Of a stretch of DNA of 64,000 bases, positions 16,386-26,125 are shown piece by piece. Every line of letters begins with the position of its first letter. Positions within the stretch are counted from its first letter, which is position 1. Below the pieces are notes generated by a model. It was not told where the DNA came from. It did not search any database and saw nothing but the letters and a program-made list of their open reading frames with translations. Position numbers and translations under genes: made by a program. The stretch comes from Gemmatimonadota bacterium (GTDB lineage: Bacteria > Gemmatimonadota > Gemmatimonadetes > Longimicrobiales > Gaopeijiaceae). The DNA is taken from positions 3,008,001 to 3,072,000 of the forward strand of contig JAXHMG010000003.1 in assembly GCA_034521595.1 (NCBI GenBank). The letters are read 5' to 3'.

Positions 16386-19121
16386 ATGACCGCAGAAGAG
16401 TTGAAGACATCCCCGGCGATAGTCGAGGGCGAAGAGGGCCAGGATACGAAGGGTGAGCGGTTCACGCTCCCCGTCCTACCGCTACGTGACACCGTCGTTT
16501 ATCCAGGGGTGGCCGTGCCGATCTCCGCCGGCCGTGCCGGAACCGTCGAAGCTGTCCAGGACGCCCTGGACGGTGATCGTCGGCTCTTCGCCGTGGCGCA
16601 ACGGGAGAACGTCGACGACGCGCAAGCCGAGTACCTGTACGACGTCGGGACGATCGTCCGGATCATCCAGACGCACCGCGTTCGTGGGGGCGTGCAGCTC
16701 CTCGTGCAGGGTGAGGGCCGTGCGCAGGCGCTCTCCTACAGCAGCGAAGGTGAAGCGATGCTGAGCGCCGTCCTGCTGGAGATGGTGCCGCAGGAACCGC
16801 AGAACCCGTCCGACCCCGCCTTCCAGGCGCTCGACCGGGAGCTCAGGGAACGGGCGGCCGAGCTCGGCACCCGTCGCGGCGTTCCCGCCGAGGCCCTGAA
16901 TCAGCTCATCCGGGGCGTCGACGACCCGGGGCCGTTCGCGGATCTCGTGGCGTTCTACCTCGAGCTCGAGACGGCGGACAAGCAGCGCCTGCTGGAGATG
17001 CTCGACGACGAGGAACGGATGCGCCAGTGCCTGGTCGCCGTCGAGCGGGAGCTCGCTCGGATCGACGCCCAGGAGGACATCCAGGCGAAAGTCCAGTCCG
17101 AGCTGGGTGAGCGCCAGCGCGAGATGCTTCTGCGCGAACAGCTCAAGGCCATCCAGAAGGAGCTCGGGGAAGAGGAAGAGCGCGACGACGTCGAGGAGAT
17201 GCGAAAGCGCGTCGAAGAGCTCGAGCTCGACGAGGAACAGCGGACCGAGGTGGACCGGGAGCTGCGGCGTCTGGAGCGCACCAGCCCGCAGTCAGCGGAA
17301 TATCAGGTCATCCGGACGTTCCTCGAATGGGTTACCGAGCTCCCGTGGCGGGAACGCACCCAGGAGAAGATCGACCTCCATCGGGCCGAGCGAATCATGG
17401 AGGCCGACCACCACGGTCTCGATGACGTGAAGGACCGCATCCTCGAGTTCCTCGCCGTACGCAAGCTTCAGGTCGAGCGTGCCGCCGAAGAGGCCGAAGA
17501 GGCAGAGGCCGCCGCCGAGGCGGAATCCGTGGCGGACGGCTCCTCGGATGAAGCGTCCGCGTCCGGAGGAAACGGTGGCGACACGGGTGGCGGCGCGCCG
17601 CCGTCGAGTGGCAACGGCCACGCCACCGACGAAGGAACGGTGGCCGAGATCGGTGGCCCGGAAGGGAACGGCGAGGATGACGTCGACCCGGACGAAGTCG
17701 ACGAAGACGAGCTCACGGGCCGCGGCCCGATCCTTTTGTTCGTAGGGCCTCCGGGCGTGGGCAAGACGTCCATCGCGCAGTCCATCGCGCGCTCGCTGGG
17801 ACGGAAATACGTTCGGATCTCGCTCGGTGGGGCGCGGGACGAAGCGGACATCCGTGGGCACCGCCGCACCTACGTCGGCGCCATGCCGGGACGTATCATC
17901 CAGGGCATGCGGCAGGCCAAGTCCAAGAATCCGGTCTTCCTGCTCGACGAGGTCGACAAGCTCGGCGTGTCGTTCCAGGGGGACCCCAGCTCGGCGCTGC
18001 TCGAGGTGCTCGATCCCGCGCAGAACTCCACGTTCGTGGATCACTACCTCGGCATTCCGTTCGACCTTTCCGAAGTCCTGTTCATCGCGACCGCGAACTA
18101 CCTCGACCGGATCCCCGGGCCCCTGCTCGACCGCATGGAGCGGGTGGACTTCGCCGGGTACACGGAGCGTGAGAAGCTCGAGATCGCCAAGAAGTACCTG
18201 CTGCCGCGTCAGCGGAAGGGCGCCAGCCTCGGGGAGCACGAGCTCGAGATGAGCGACGATGCGATCTTGACGGTCGTGCAGAGCTACACGCGGGAGGCCG
18301 GCGTGCGCCAGCTCGAGCGTGAGATCGGGAAGTTCGCCCGAAAGGTCGCCCGCCAGATCGCCGCGGGAAGCATCGAGAGCATGAACGCGACCGCCGACGA
18401 GGTTCGCGAGTTCCTGGGCCGGCCCCGGGTGCATCCGGAGCGCATGGCCGAGCAGGACATCGTCGGTGTGGCCACGGGCATGTTCTACACCCCGATGGGC
18501 GGTGACATCATGTTCGTCGAGGCGAGCGTCATGCCCGGCGAGAGCGGCTTCGTGCTCACGGGACAGCTCGGTGACGTCATGAAGGAGTCGGCTCGCGCCG
18601 CGCTCACGTATGCGAAGGCGAACTGGAAAAGCCTCGGGATCGCCGAGGACGCGCTCCAGGACCGAGAGGTACATATCCACGTCCCCGCCGGCGCGGTTCC
18701 GAAGGACGGGCCGTCGGCGGGCATCACCATGGCGGTGGCGCTGATCTCCAGCGTCTCCGGACGGCCGGTACGGCGCGACGTGGCGATGACCGGAGAGCTG
18801 ACGCTCACGGGCCGGGTCCTGCCCATCGGAGGTGTGAAGGAGAAGGTGCTCGGCGCGGTGCGCGCCGGCATCAAACAGATCGTCTTGCCCGCGGATAACG
18901 AGGAGGACCTCGAAGATCTGCCGGACGACGTGCGCGAGCAGCTCGAGTTCCACCCGGCGGAGACCCTCGACGACGTGATCGCGGTCGCGCTGGGCCCGGA
19001 CGACGGTCCCCCAACGGATCCGGGCGCCGACCGGGAAGCCTCTCAGCCCAAGAAGAAGGCGTCGGGGGCGAAGAAGAAGCCGGCCGTGAAGAAGGAGCGA
19101 AAAAAGGAAAAGGACGCGTGA
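16386..19121 (+). CDS. lon: Lon protease (endopeptidase La)
   Basis: LPVLPLRDTVVYP, GPPGVGKTS, IRGHRRTYVGAMPG, PKDGPSAG; alternative GTG start at 16344. Confidence 0.96.
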   Translation: MTAEELKTSPAIVEGEEGQDTKGERFTLPVLPLRDTVVYPGVAVPISAGRAGTVEAVQDALDGDRRLFAVAQRENVDDAQAEYLYDVGTIVRIIQTHRVRGGVQLLVQGEGRAQALSYSSEGEAMLSAVLLEMVPQEPQNPSDPAFQALDRELRERAAELGTRRGVPAEALNQLIRGVDDPGPFADLVAFYLELETADKQRLLEMLDDEERMRQCLVAVERELARIDAQEDIQAKVQSELGERQREMLLREQLKAIQKELGEEEERDDVEEMRKRVEELELDEEQRTEVDRELRRLERTSPQSAEYQVIRTFLEWVTELPWRERTQEKIDLHRAERIMEADHHGLDDVKDRILEFLAVRKLQVERAAEEAEEAEAAAEAESVADGSSDEASASGGNGGDTGGGAPPSSGNGHATDEGTVAEIGGPEGNGEDDVDPDEVDEDELTGRGPILLFVGPPGVGKTSIAQSIARSLGRKYVRISLGGARDEADIRGHRRTYVGAMPGRIIQGMRQAKSKNPVFLLDEVDKLGVSFQGDPSSALLEVLDPAQNSTFVDHYLGIPFDLSEVLFIATANYLDRIPGPLLDRMERVDFAGYTEREKLEIAKKYLLPRQRKGASLGEHELEMSDDAILTVVQSYTREAGVRQLEREIGKFARKVARQIAAGSIESMNATADEVREFLGRPRVHPERMAEQDIVGVATGMFYTPMGGDIMFVEASVMPGESGFVLTGQLGDVMKESARAALTYAKANWKSLGIAEDALQDREVHIHVPAGAVPKDGPSAGITMAVALISSVSGRPVRRDVAMTGELTLTGRVLPIGGVKEKVLGAVRAGIKQIVLPADNEEDLEDLPDDVREQLEFHPAETLDDVIAVALGPDDGPPTDPGADREASQPKKKASGAKKKPAVKKERKKEKDA

Positions 19122-19142
19122 GCGGGCGGGAGCCGGGCGCGC

Positions 19143-20201
19143 TCACTCCACGGTGACGAGCCCGGCTCCGCCTTCCTCCACGGTCCCGATCACGGCGGCC
19201 GCCGGCGCTCGTCCTTCGAGCGCCTCGAGCAGCGCCTCGACACGGTCGGGCGCCACCGCGATGAGCAAACCGCCCGACGTTTGGGCGTCCGCCAGCAGCG
19301 TCCGGTCGGTTCCTTCGACGGCGGCGGAGAACGTTACGTCCGCCTCGAGGTCGGTCAGGTTCCGCTCCGTGCCCCCCGGCACGTGTCCGGCCTCGATGAG
19401 CTTCCGGGCGCCGTCGAGCGCGGGCACGTCGGTGACGCGGATGCGGCCGGCCGACCCGGAGGCGCGCAACAGGTTGCGCAGATGGCCGAGCAACCCGAAC
19501 CCGGTGACGTCGGTGGCGGCTCGCACGCCGACCTCCATCATCGCTTCCGCCGCCCCTTTGTTCAGCGTGGCCATGCATTCCACCGCTCCGGAGATCACCT
19601 TCGCGGGCGCGCTGCCCGCCTTGATGGCCGTGGCCACGATTCCCGAGCCCAGGGGCTTGGTCAGCACCAGCACGTCGCCCGCACGGGCACCGACGTTCGT
19701 GACCATCTCGGCCGGGTCCACCTCGCCGACGGCGACCATCCCGTATTTGGGCTCGGCGTCGTCGATCGTGTGCCCGCCCAGAACCGGGATCCCCGCGCTC
19801 CGGGCCACGTCCGCGCCCCCGCGCAGGATCTCTTCCAGGATCCCTTCCGGAAGGAGCTTTCGGGGGAACCCCACGAGATTGAGCGCGAAGAGGGGCCTCG
19901 CGCCCATGGCGTAGACGTCGGAGAGCGCGTTCGCGGCGGCAATCCGCCCGAAGTCGTACCCGCTGTCGACGATGGGCGTGAAGAAGTCGGCCGTCACCAC
20001 GAGGGCACGGTCCGCGGATATGCGGTAGACGGCGGCGTCGTCCCCCGTGGCATGGCCCACGAGGGCGTTCGGGTCGTCGATCGGGAGCAGGTGACGCAAC
20101 ACGTGCGCCAGCTCGGACATGCCGAGCTTACACGCTCACCCGGCGCCGTGGCTGAGCTGGGACAGCCGGATCTCCGGCCTCCGGTCCCTCGGCTCGTCCA
20201 T
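19143..20201 (-). CDS. selD: Selenide, water dikinase with in-frame UGA (Sec) at codon 22 (20136-20138)
   Basis: RBS GAGGAGG then ATG 20201; RLSQLSHGAG-UGA-ACKLG continues in frame into DDAAVY, DFFTPIVD, AANALSDVYAMG, TDVTGFGLLGH, DAQTSGGLL. Confidence 0.93.
20101..20135 (-). promoter_or_regulatory. Candidate SECIS of selD
   Basis: Immediately 3' of the UGA: GCGUGU/GCACGU lower stem and AGCUCGG-CAUGU-CCGAGCU upper stem-loop. Confidence 0.7.
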
Positions 20202-20515
20202 CGTGGCCTCCTCTGGGTGGGGGAGCGACGTGTCTCCTGCTTCGTTCGGAACGCCCGAGTCCACCGGTGGGTTCCGCCGGTGTGCCCGTTCGCGCCCGGA
20301 AAGTGGCGACGGAGCGGGAGCCGGCAAAGACCGTGGGCTCTCGAGCCGCGAGCCGTCGAGCCGCCCGTTCCCCTGTCGACCGCCCGTCGTGCTCCCGACG
20401 ACCACCGGACTGCCGCCACGGGCCGGGCAGGAAACCCGTGGGTGGAATGGTGTACCCGACGCGACAAGACGTGCCGGGACGCCCGGCACCCTACGTTCGA
20501 CCGGGAGACAAGGTC

Positions 20516-21370
20516 GTGAATCAGAAGGGAGACTCGCCCAGGGGCCTGCTGGCCGATGAGCTTTCGCTGGCCGAGCCGGACATCGATCTGGCTCGGGCGG
20601 CGCTCCTCATCGCCAAGGAGGAGTACCCGCAGCTTTCGGTCGAGCTCTATCTGGCCCGTTTCGATCAGATCGCCGAGGAGGTGAAGGATCGCCTCTCCGA
20701 CGAGTCGGCACCCCTTCTCGTGCTCCAGGAGATGCTGGAGACCCTCTACGAGCGGCGGAGCTTCGGCGCGAACCGGCAAGCTTACTACGATCCGCGCAAC
20801 TCGTTCTTGAACGACGTGCTCGACCGGGGCGTGGGCATCCCGCTCACGCTCGGCATGGTAGTGCTGGAGGTCGGCTGGCGTCTGGGGCTCCCGCTCGAAG
20901 GCGTCAACTTCCCGGGGCACTTCCTCGTGCGTTACCGGGGCGAAGTCATGGACCTCCTGGTCGATCCGTTCGACGGCGGCAAGATCCGCTTCGAGGATCA
21001 GGCGCAGGAGCTCCTCGACCGTGCCTACGGCGGGGTGGTGCGACTCCAGCCGTCCTTCCTGCGCGTGGCGAGCCGGCGTGACATGCTCGTGCGCATGCTC
21101 ACGAATTTGAAAGGCGTCTACATGCGCGTGGGTGACGACGAACGGGCGCTGGCCGCCGTCGAGCGCATCCTCATGCTCACCCCGACGGCACCGGCCGAGA
21201 ACCGGTCGCGCGGCCTGCTCCTGGTGCGACTCGGGCGCAGGAACGAGGCCGCCAAGCAGCTCGAAAAGTACCTCCGGGTGGCTCCGGGGGCGTCGGACGC
21301 GGACCGCGTCGAGGACATGTTGCGAGATCTGAAAGCCGGCCGGGATCCGGCCGATGTGGAGGGATTGTGA
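20516..21370 (+). CDS. SirB1/transglutaminase-like core plus TPR protein
   Basis: YYDPRNSFLNDVLDRGVGIPLTL, GVNFPGHFLV, DPFDGG, RMLTNLKGVY and a C-terminal TPR. Confidence 0.88.
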   Translation: MNQKGDSPRGLLADELSLAEPDIDLARAALLIAKEEYPQLSVELYLARFDQIAEEVKDRLSDESAPLLVLQEMLETLYERRSFGANRQAYYDPRNSFLNDVLDRGVGIPLTLGMVVLEVGWRLGLPLEGVNFPGHFLVRYRGEVMDLLVDPFDGGKIRFEDQAQELLDRAYGGVVRLQPSFLRVASRRDMLVRMLTNLKGVYMRVGDDERALAAVERILMLTPTAPAENRSRGLLLVRLGRRNEAAKQLEKYLRVAPGASDADRVEDMLRDLKAGRDPADVEGL

Positions 21371-22368
21371 GCACTGACGCGTACCGAGCCGCGGTGGAGC
21401 ACGCCGCCGTGTTCGACCATGACGACCGCCTGCGCTTGCGCGTGTACGGCCGCGCGCCGCGCCAGATGTTGAACGGGATCCTCACCGGTACGCTCCCCGC
21501 CGCCCCCGAAGCGACCGAGGACGGCGTTCTCGGTGGAACCGGCACGTACCACGCCGTGCTCACCCCCAAGGGGAAGATGGTCACCGACCTGTGGGCGTAT
21601 CTCGCGGACGATGAAGAGGAGCGCGGGTTCCTGCTCGACGTTCCCGCCGCCGGGCGCGGGGCCTTCCTCGAGCATCTCGAAAAAGTCCTCCCCCCGAGGT
21701 TCGCGCGTCGGGAGGACGTGAGCGAGACGACGTCCATGCTCGCGGTCACCGGTCCGGAGGCGGCGGCGCTGTTGTCCCGGATCGCGTTCGGGCTCCGCGT
21801 CGAGGCGGAGACGTTGGCCGCCCTCCCTGAAGGGGGATGGCTCATGGCGGGCGCCGCTCCGGACGGGATGATCGTGGCGCGCACGCTCGACGTGCGTCCC
21901 GAGGCATACCAGGTGCTCGGAGAGGCGGAGGCCGTACGTGCCCTTCGGAGCCGACTCGTGGAGGCCGGCGCGGTCGAAGCGGATCCCGATACCTGGGAGA
22001 TCCTGCGCGTCGAGGCCGGTCGGCCCGCATTCGGCACGGACATGACGGATGCGACGATTCCGGTCGAGGCGGGCATCCACGATCGGGCGATCGACTACCA
22101 GAAAGGGTGCTATACGGGCCAGGAAGTGATCGTTCGCATCCGCGACCGGGGGCGGGTGAACCGGAACCTCCGGCGGCTCGTGCTCGGCGACGTTCCGGTG
22201 CCGTCGTCCGGCACCGAGATCTTCGCTCCGGACGACGACCAAAAGGCGGCCGGATGGATCACCTCGGCGGTCCTGTCTCCCGCGGAGGACGCCGTGGTGG
22301 CGCTGGCCTATGTGCGCAGGGGGGTGGACCGGATTCGCTTCGCCGAGCGTGAGATTCCGGTCGGCTGA
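21367..22368 (+). CDS. ygfZ: YgfZ/GcvT family folate-binding protein
   Basis: KGCYTGQE signature; LTPKGKM; LRVEAGRP. Confidence 0.88.
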   Translation: MSTDAYRAAVEHAAVFDHDDRLRLRVYGRAPRQMLNGILTGTLPAAPEATEDGVLGGTGTYHAVLTPKGKMVTDLWAYLADDEEERGFLLDVPAAGRGAFLEHLEKVLPPRFARREDVSETTSMLAVTGPEAAALLSRIAFGLRVEAETLAALPEGGWLMAGAAPDGMIVARTLDVRPEAYQVLGEAEAVRALRSRLVEAGAVEADPDTWEILRVEAGRPAFGTDMTDATIPVEAGIHDRAIDYQKGCYTGQEVIVRIRDRGRVNRNLRRLVLGDVPVPSSGTEIFAPDDDQKAAGWITSAVLSPAEDAVVALAYVRRGVDRIRFAEREIPVG

Positions 22369-22385
22369 GCGGGCTCCGGGCCGGC

Positions 22386-23057
22386 TCAGCGTTCGCGGAG
22401 CTCTTCGAGGGCCGCCCGGATATCTTCGTTCTCGGGCCGGATCCGGTAGTTCACCTCGGTCATCTTCCACCGCACGACCCCCTCGCGGTCGATGACGTAC
22501 GTCGTGGGGTGGGGGATCAGCCGGTCCGGTGCCGCGTCTTCGTTCAGCAAGCCGTAGCGTCGGATGACGGCGGCCCCGGGATCGGAGAGCAGCATGTACT
22601 CGATCGTGCGGCCGTCGGTCTCCTCTCGGACCCGATCCACCATGCGTTGCAGATCTTCGGCTCCGTCGGAAGCGACGGCCATCAGCTCGGTCGTCTGGTT
22701 GAGCTCGTCACTCAGCAGGTCTCGCAGCTCCCCGAGCTGCCGCGCGCAGTACGGTCACCAGTGGCCGCGAAAGAAGACCAACACGACGTCCTTCGCCCCG
22801 CGGAAATCCGAGAGCGTGACGGTGCCGTTCCGGAGCGACTCGAGCCGGAAATCCGGCGCCGTGTCGCCGACCGCGACGCGCTCGAGGTCCGCCGGGGGAA
22901 GCTCCCGCCCGTCCGACGGACCGAGCGCGGCCGGCGTGCTGCGCTCCGACGGGGCGTCCCGGCTCGTCCTCGCGTCGGACGTGCAGGCCGTGATCAGCAA
23001 AGCCACGATCGCGATGAACAGAGGGCGGGGAGCGCTTCGCACGGGATCGTCTCGCAT
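22386..23057 (-). CDS. Peroxiredoxin-like (AhpC/TSA/redoxin) lipoprotein with in-frame UGA (Sec) at 22755-22757, UxxC motif
   Basis: Lipobox LLITAC; VGDTAPDFRL...TLSDFRG.KDVVLVFFRGHW-UGA-PYCARQLGEL continues in frame into ORF 22386..22682 (LLSDP...PHPTTYVIDREGVVRW). Confidence 0.88.
22724..22740 (-). promoter_or_regulatory. Candidate SECIS of the Prx-like gene
   Basis: GCAGCUC-GGG-GAGCUGC hairpin starting 15 nt after the UGA, G-only apical loop. Confidence 0.65.
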
Positions 23058-23417
23058 CCGAGAAAGGTACGATGGGCGGGTACGAGCCGTACAATCCCCG
23101 GTGCCGGACAGGGGTTCCTCCCGGCCCGTCGTACCGCGCCCGTAAACGGGGCCCGGCAGCCTCAACAGTCGGGAGGGCCGGCCGGGTTGGCGGATTCCGG
23201 GGAACCCGCAGCGTTTCTTACTTTAGTAGGTAGTGGCCGGTCACGGCCATTCGGTCGTCCGCACGGCCCCCGGCCCGAGCTTCCGTCGAAGTGGACGCCC
23301 GTCGAGTGAGCGATGCCTCGACGGGTGTTTTCACGCCCGGTGGTCGCACATCCGTGTCGTGACGCGTCGGAATCAGAATCTGCAAACGAGACAAGGGCGG
23401 TTTCAGTGAGGATAGAG

Positions 23418-24761
23418 ATGTCGAAGGTGGGTTCATGGTATCGCGGGATTACCACGGTACTGCTGGTGGGCGGATTGAGCGTGGGCTTCTGGTCGTTCGC
23501 CCCCGACCCGTTGACGGCGCAGATCCCGACGGGCTTCGAGAACGGGTCTCCTCCAAGGCCCGCCGTGTTCCTGGATTGCCAGGGGGGCCCGAACTGCAAC
23601 CGTTCCCAGTTCCGCACGGAGATCACCTTCGTCAACTGGGTCCGTGACCGGGAGGACAGCGACATCCACCTGATCTTCACGAGCCAGGGAATGAGCGGCG
23701 GCAACCGCCAGTACACCCTGGACTTCGTCGGACGTGGCGAGTTCGCGGGACTCGACGAGCACCTCACCTTTCAGTCGAGCGGCCAGGACGTTCAGGCCGA
23801 GACGATGGACGGTCTCGCGCGCACGATGCGGCTCGGCTTGGTCCGCTACGCTCTGGCCGCGGGCCTCGGGCCCGACCTCGATGTGCGGTTCACCGGCGAC
23901 GCGGCCCGGGTCGAAGACGAGTCCGAGGGCAACGGCGATACCTTCTACGATCCGTGGAACTCCTGGACCTTTCGGGTCGCGGTCTCCGGCGATATGGACT
24001 TCGAGGAGACCCAGACGTCTTCCCGGCTGAACCCGCAGTTCAACGCGGACCGAGTCACCGAAGCGTGGAAGCTCAACCTGAGCTCACGCCTCGATATCCA
24101 GCGAGAGCGCCGTGACCTGGCCGACGGCCGGGAGGTCCGCGACGACCGGAACGACTGGCGCTTCTCGGCCCTCATCGTGCACAGCATAGGGGGGCACATG
24201 GGCATCGGAATAGACACGGATTTACGCAACTCCGTGCGGCGTAACCAGACCGCGCGCATCCGCTTGAGTCCGGCGATCGAGTACAACTACTACCCGTACT
24301 CCGAGGCGACCCGCCGGCAGTTCATCGCGCACTATTCGGTCGGCGTCGAACACTCGAATTACATGGAGGAGACCGTGTTCGGCGTGGACCGGGAGACGCT
24401 TCCGGTCCACCGGGTGGGTGTGCAGTACCGGGCCCGTGAGCAGTGGGGCAACGCCGGTGTCGGCGTCGATGCCAACCAGTACCTGCATTCGGGCGGAGAG
24501 TTCTACAGCTTCGGAGTCAGCGGGAATCTGAGCTACCGCATCCTCCGTGGCCTCGAGTTGAACTTCTCGGCCGGAGCGTCGCGGGTGAACGACAACCTCT
24601 ATACGCCCGCGGGCGAAATCTCCGACGAGGACATCCTCCTCGGACGGCAGAGGCTGCCGTCGGGCTACGAGTACGATGCTTCGCTCGGCTTGAGCTACCG
24701 CTGGGGGTCCTCGTTCGCGAACATCGTGAACAACCGCTTCCCGCGCTCGGTGCGCTGGTAG
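23418..24761 (+). CDS. Hypothetical outer-membrane beta-barrel-type protein
   Basis: Signal peptide; VFLDC...C; FVNWVRDREDSDIH; alternating beta-strand pattern; ends LSYRWGSSFANIVNNRF. Confidence 0.7.
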   Translation: MSKVGSWYRGITTVLLVGGLSVGFWSFAPDPLTAQIPTGFENGSPPRPAVFLDCQGGPNCNRSQFRTEITFVNWVRDREDSDIHLIFTSQGMSGGNRQYTLDFVGRGEFAGLDEHLTFQSSGQDVQAETMDGLARTMRLGLVRYALAAGLGPDLDVRFTGDAARVEDESEGNGDTFYDPWNSWTFRVAVSGDMDFEETQTSSRLNPQFNADRVTEAWKLNLSSRLDIQRERRDLADGREVRDDRNDWRFSALIVHSIGGHMGIGIDTDLRNSVRRNQTARIRLSPAIEYNYYPYSEATRRQFIAHYSVGVEHSNYMEETVFGVDRETLPVHRVGVQYRAREQWGNAGVGVDANQYLHSGGEFYSFGVSGNLSYRILRGLELNFSAGASRVNDNLYTPAGEISDEDILLGRQRLPSGYEYDASLGLSYRWGSSFANIVNNRFPRSVRW

Positions 24762-24776
24762 GTCTGGTCTGGTAGG

Positions 24777-25778
24777 CTAGGAGGCCTTCCGCGCGGCGCG
24801 TGAGACCCGGTCGGCCACGATGAGGGAGCCGTGCTCGCGGCCGTTCTCGATGAAGATCTTGTTGGCATCGTTGCCGGCCGCGATCACTCCCGCGATGTAG
24901 ACGCCGGGTACGTTCGTCTCCATCGTCGCGGGATCGTGCGCGGGAACGTTCGTCGTCTCGTCCACGTCCACGCCCAGCGCCCGGAGCGGCGCGGGATCCG
25001 CCCGCCACCCGGTCATCGCGACGACGAAGTCGTTGACGACCGTGGTTTCCTCGCCGGTGTCCACGTGATGGAGCACTACCGAGTCCTGACGGATCTCCTT
25101 CACCCGGTGCTTCCAATAGGGCGTGATCTCACCCCGCTCCAGCCGGTTCGTGATATCGGGCACGACCCACGGCTTCACGCCCCGGTCGATCTCGTCCAGG
25201 AAGTGCGCGAGGGAAACCCGCGCGCCGTTGCGGTACATCTCGAGCGCCGCTTCCACCGCCGAGTTCCCGGCTCCGACGACGAGAACGTCCTGGTCGTAGT
25301 ACGGATAGGGCTCGTGGTAGTAGTGGCGCACCTTCTCGAGGTCCTCGCCCGGCACGTCGAGCATGTTCGGCCGGTCGAACCCGCCGGTCGCCACGACGAC
25401 GGCTCTGGCCTCTTGGACGTGCTCGGAGCCGTCCCGTCCGCGGGTGCGGACCGTGAACGCCCCTTCGCTGCCCGCGATCTCGACGACCTCCTCGTACTGG
25501 CGGACGTCGATCTCCCAGTGCTCGACCACCCGGCGGTAGTAGGCGAGCGCTTCTCGTCGCGTGGGCTTGGACTCGGGGATGGTGAACGGGACGTCCCCGA
25601 CCTCCAGCATCACCGCGGTGCTGAAGAAGGTCATGTAGTAGGGGTAGTCGATCAGGGAGTTCGCCACGCATCCCTTGTCGTACAAGCGACACGAGAGGCC
25701 CTTCGCCTGCGCGGCGGCTCCTACGGCGATGCCGCACGGTCCCGCCCCCACCACGATCAGATCTAATCGGTTCGACAT
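24777..25778 (-). CDS. ypdA: YpdA family putative bacillithiol disulfide reductase
   Basis: VVGAGPCGI, KGCVANSLIDYP..MTFFST, KPTRREALAYYRRV, HYYHEPYPY, IFIENGREHG. Confidence 0.88.
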   Translation of the reverse strand: MSNRLDLIVVGAGPCGIAVGAAAQAKGLSCRLYDKGCVANSLIDYPYYMTFFSTAVMLEVGDVPFTIPESKPTRREALAYYRRVVEHWEIDVRQYEEVVEIAGSEGAFTVRTRGRDGSEHVQEARAVVVATGGFDRPNMLDVPGEDLEKVRHYYHEPYPYYDQDVLVVGAGNSAVEAALEMYRNGARVSLAHFLDEIDRGVKPWVVPDITNRLERGEITPYWKHRVKEIRQDSVVLHHVDTGEETTVVNDFVVAMTGWRADPAPLRALGVDVDETTNVPAHDPATMETNVPGVYIAGVIAAGNDANKIFIENGREHGSLIVADRVSRAARKAS

Positions 25779-25853
25779 AGCCGACCGATAACCCTATCGG
25801 AACGGACTGTTCCACCATTGCCGCGGGCGTCTCCCTCGGCCAAACTGAATCCC

Positions 25854-26111
25854 ATGGAATCTGCGGAATCCGAAGCACGGAAAGCGTTGAACCGCCTCCG
25901 GCGCGCGGCCGAGAAGGCCGACCGCGAGCTCGAGACGCTCACGGGTGCCCTTCGTCACGCCGAAGGGGACGATTTCCCCTCCGATCGGTACGAGGAGCTC
26001 GCCCGGTCGGTCCGGTCTCTCCTCGATTTCACCGAGGAGGAAGGCGACCGCCTGCGGGAGAAGCTTCTACACGCGGGTGGGCTCGAAGCAGGGAGGGTCC
26101 GGCGGGGCTGA
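25854..26111 (+). CDS. Small helical hypothetical protein
   Basis: Host-like codon usage; fills the gap between ypdA and the DUF5916 gene. Confidence 0.6.
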   Translation: MESAESEARKALNRLRRAAEKADRELETLTGALRHAEGDDFPSDRYEELARSVRSLLDFTEEEGDRLREKLLHAGGLEAGRVRRG

Positions 26112-26125
26112 CGACGGGTGCCAGA

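Noticed and set aside
23060-23410. ncRNA in the prx / outer-membrane gene intergenic region
   Set aside because: Only generic GC-rich pairing; no recognisable tRNA or riboswitch motif.
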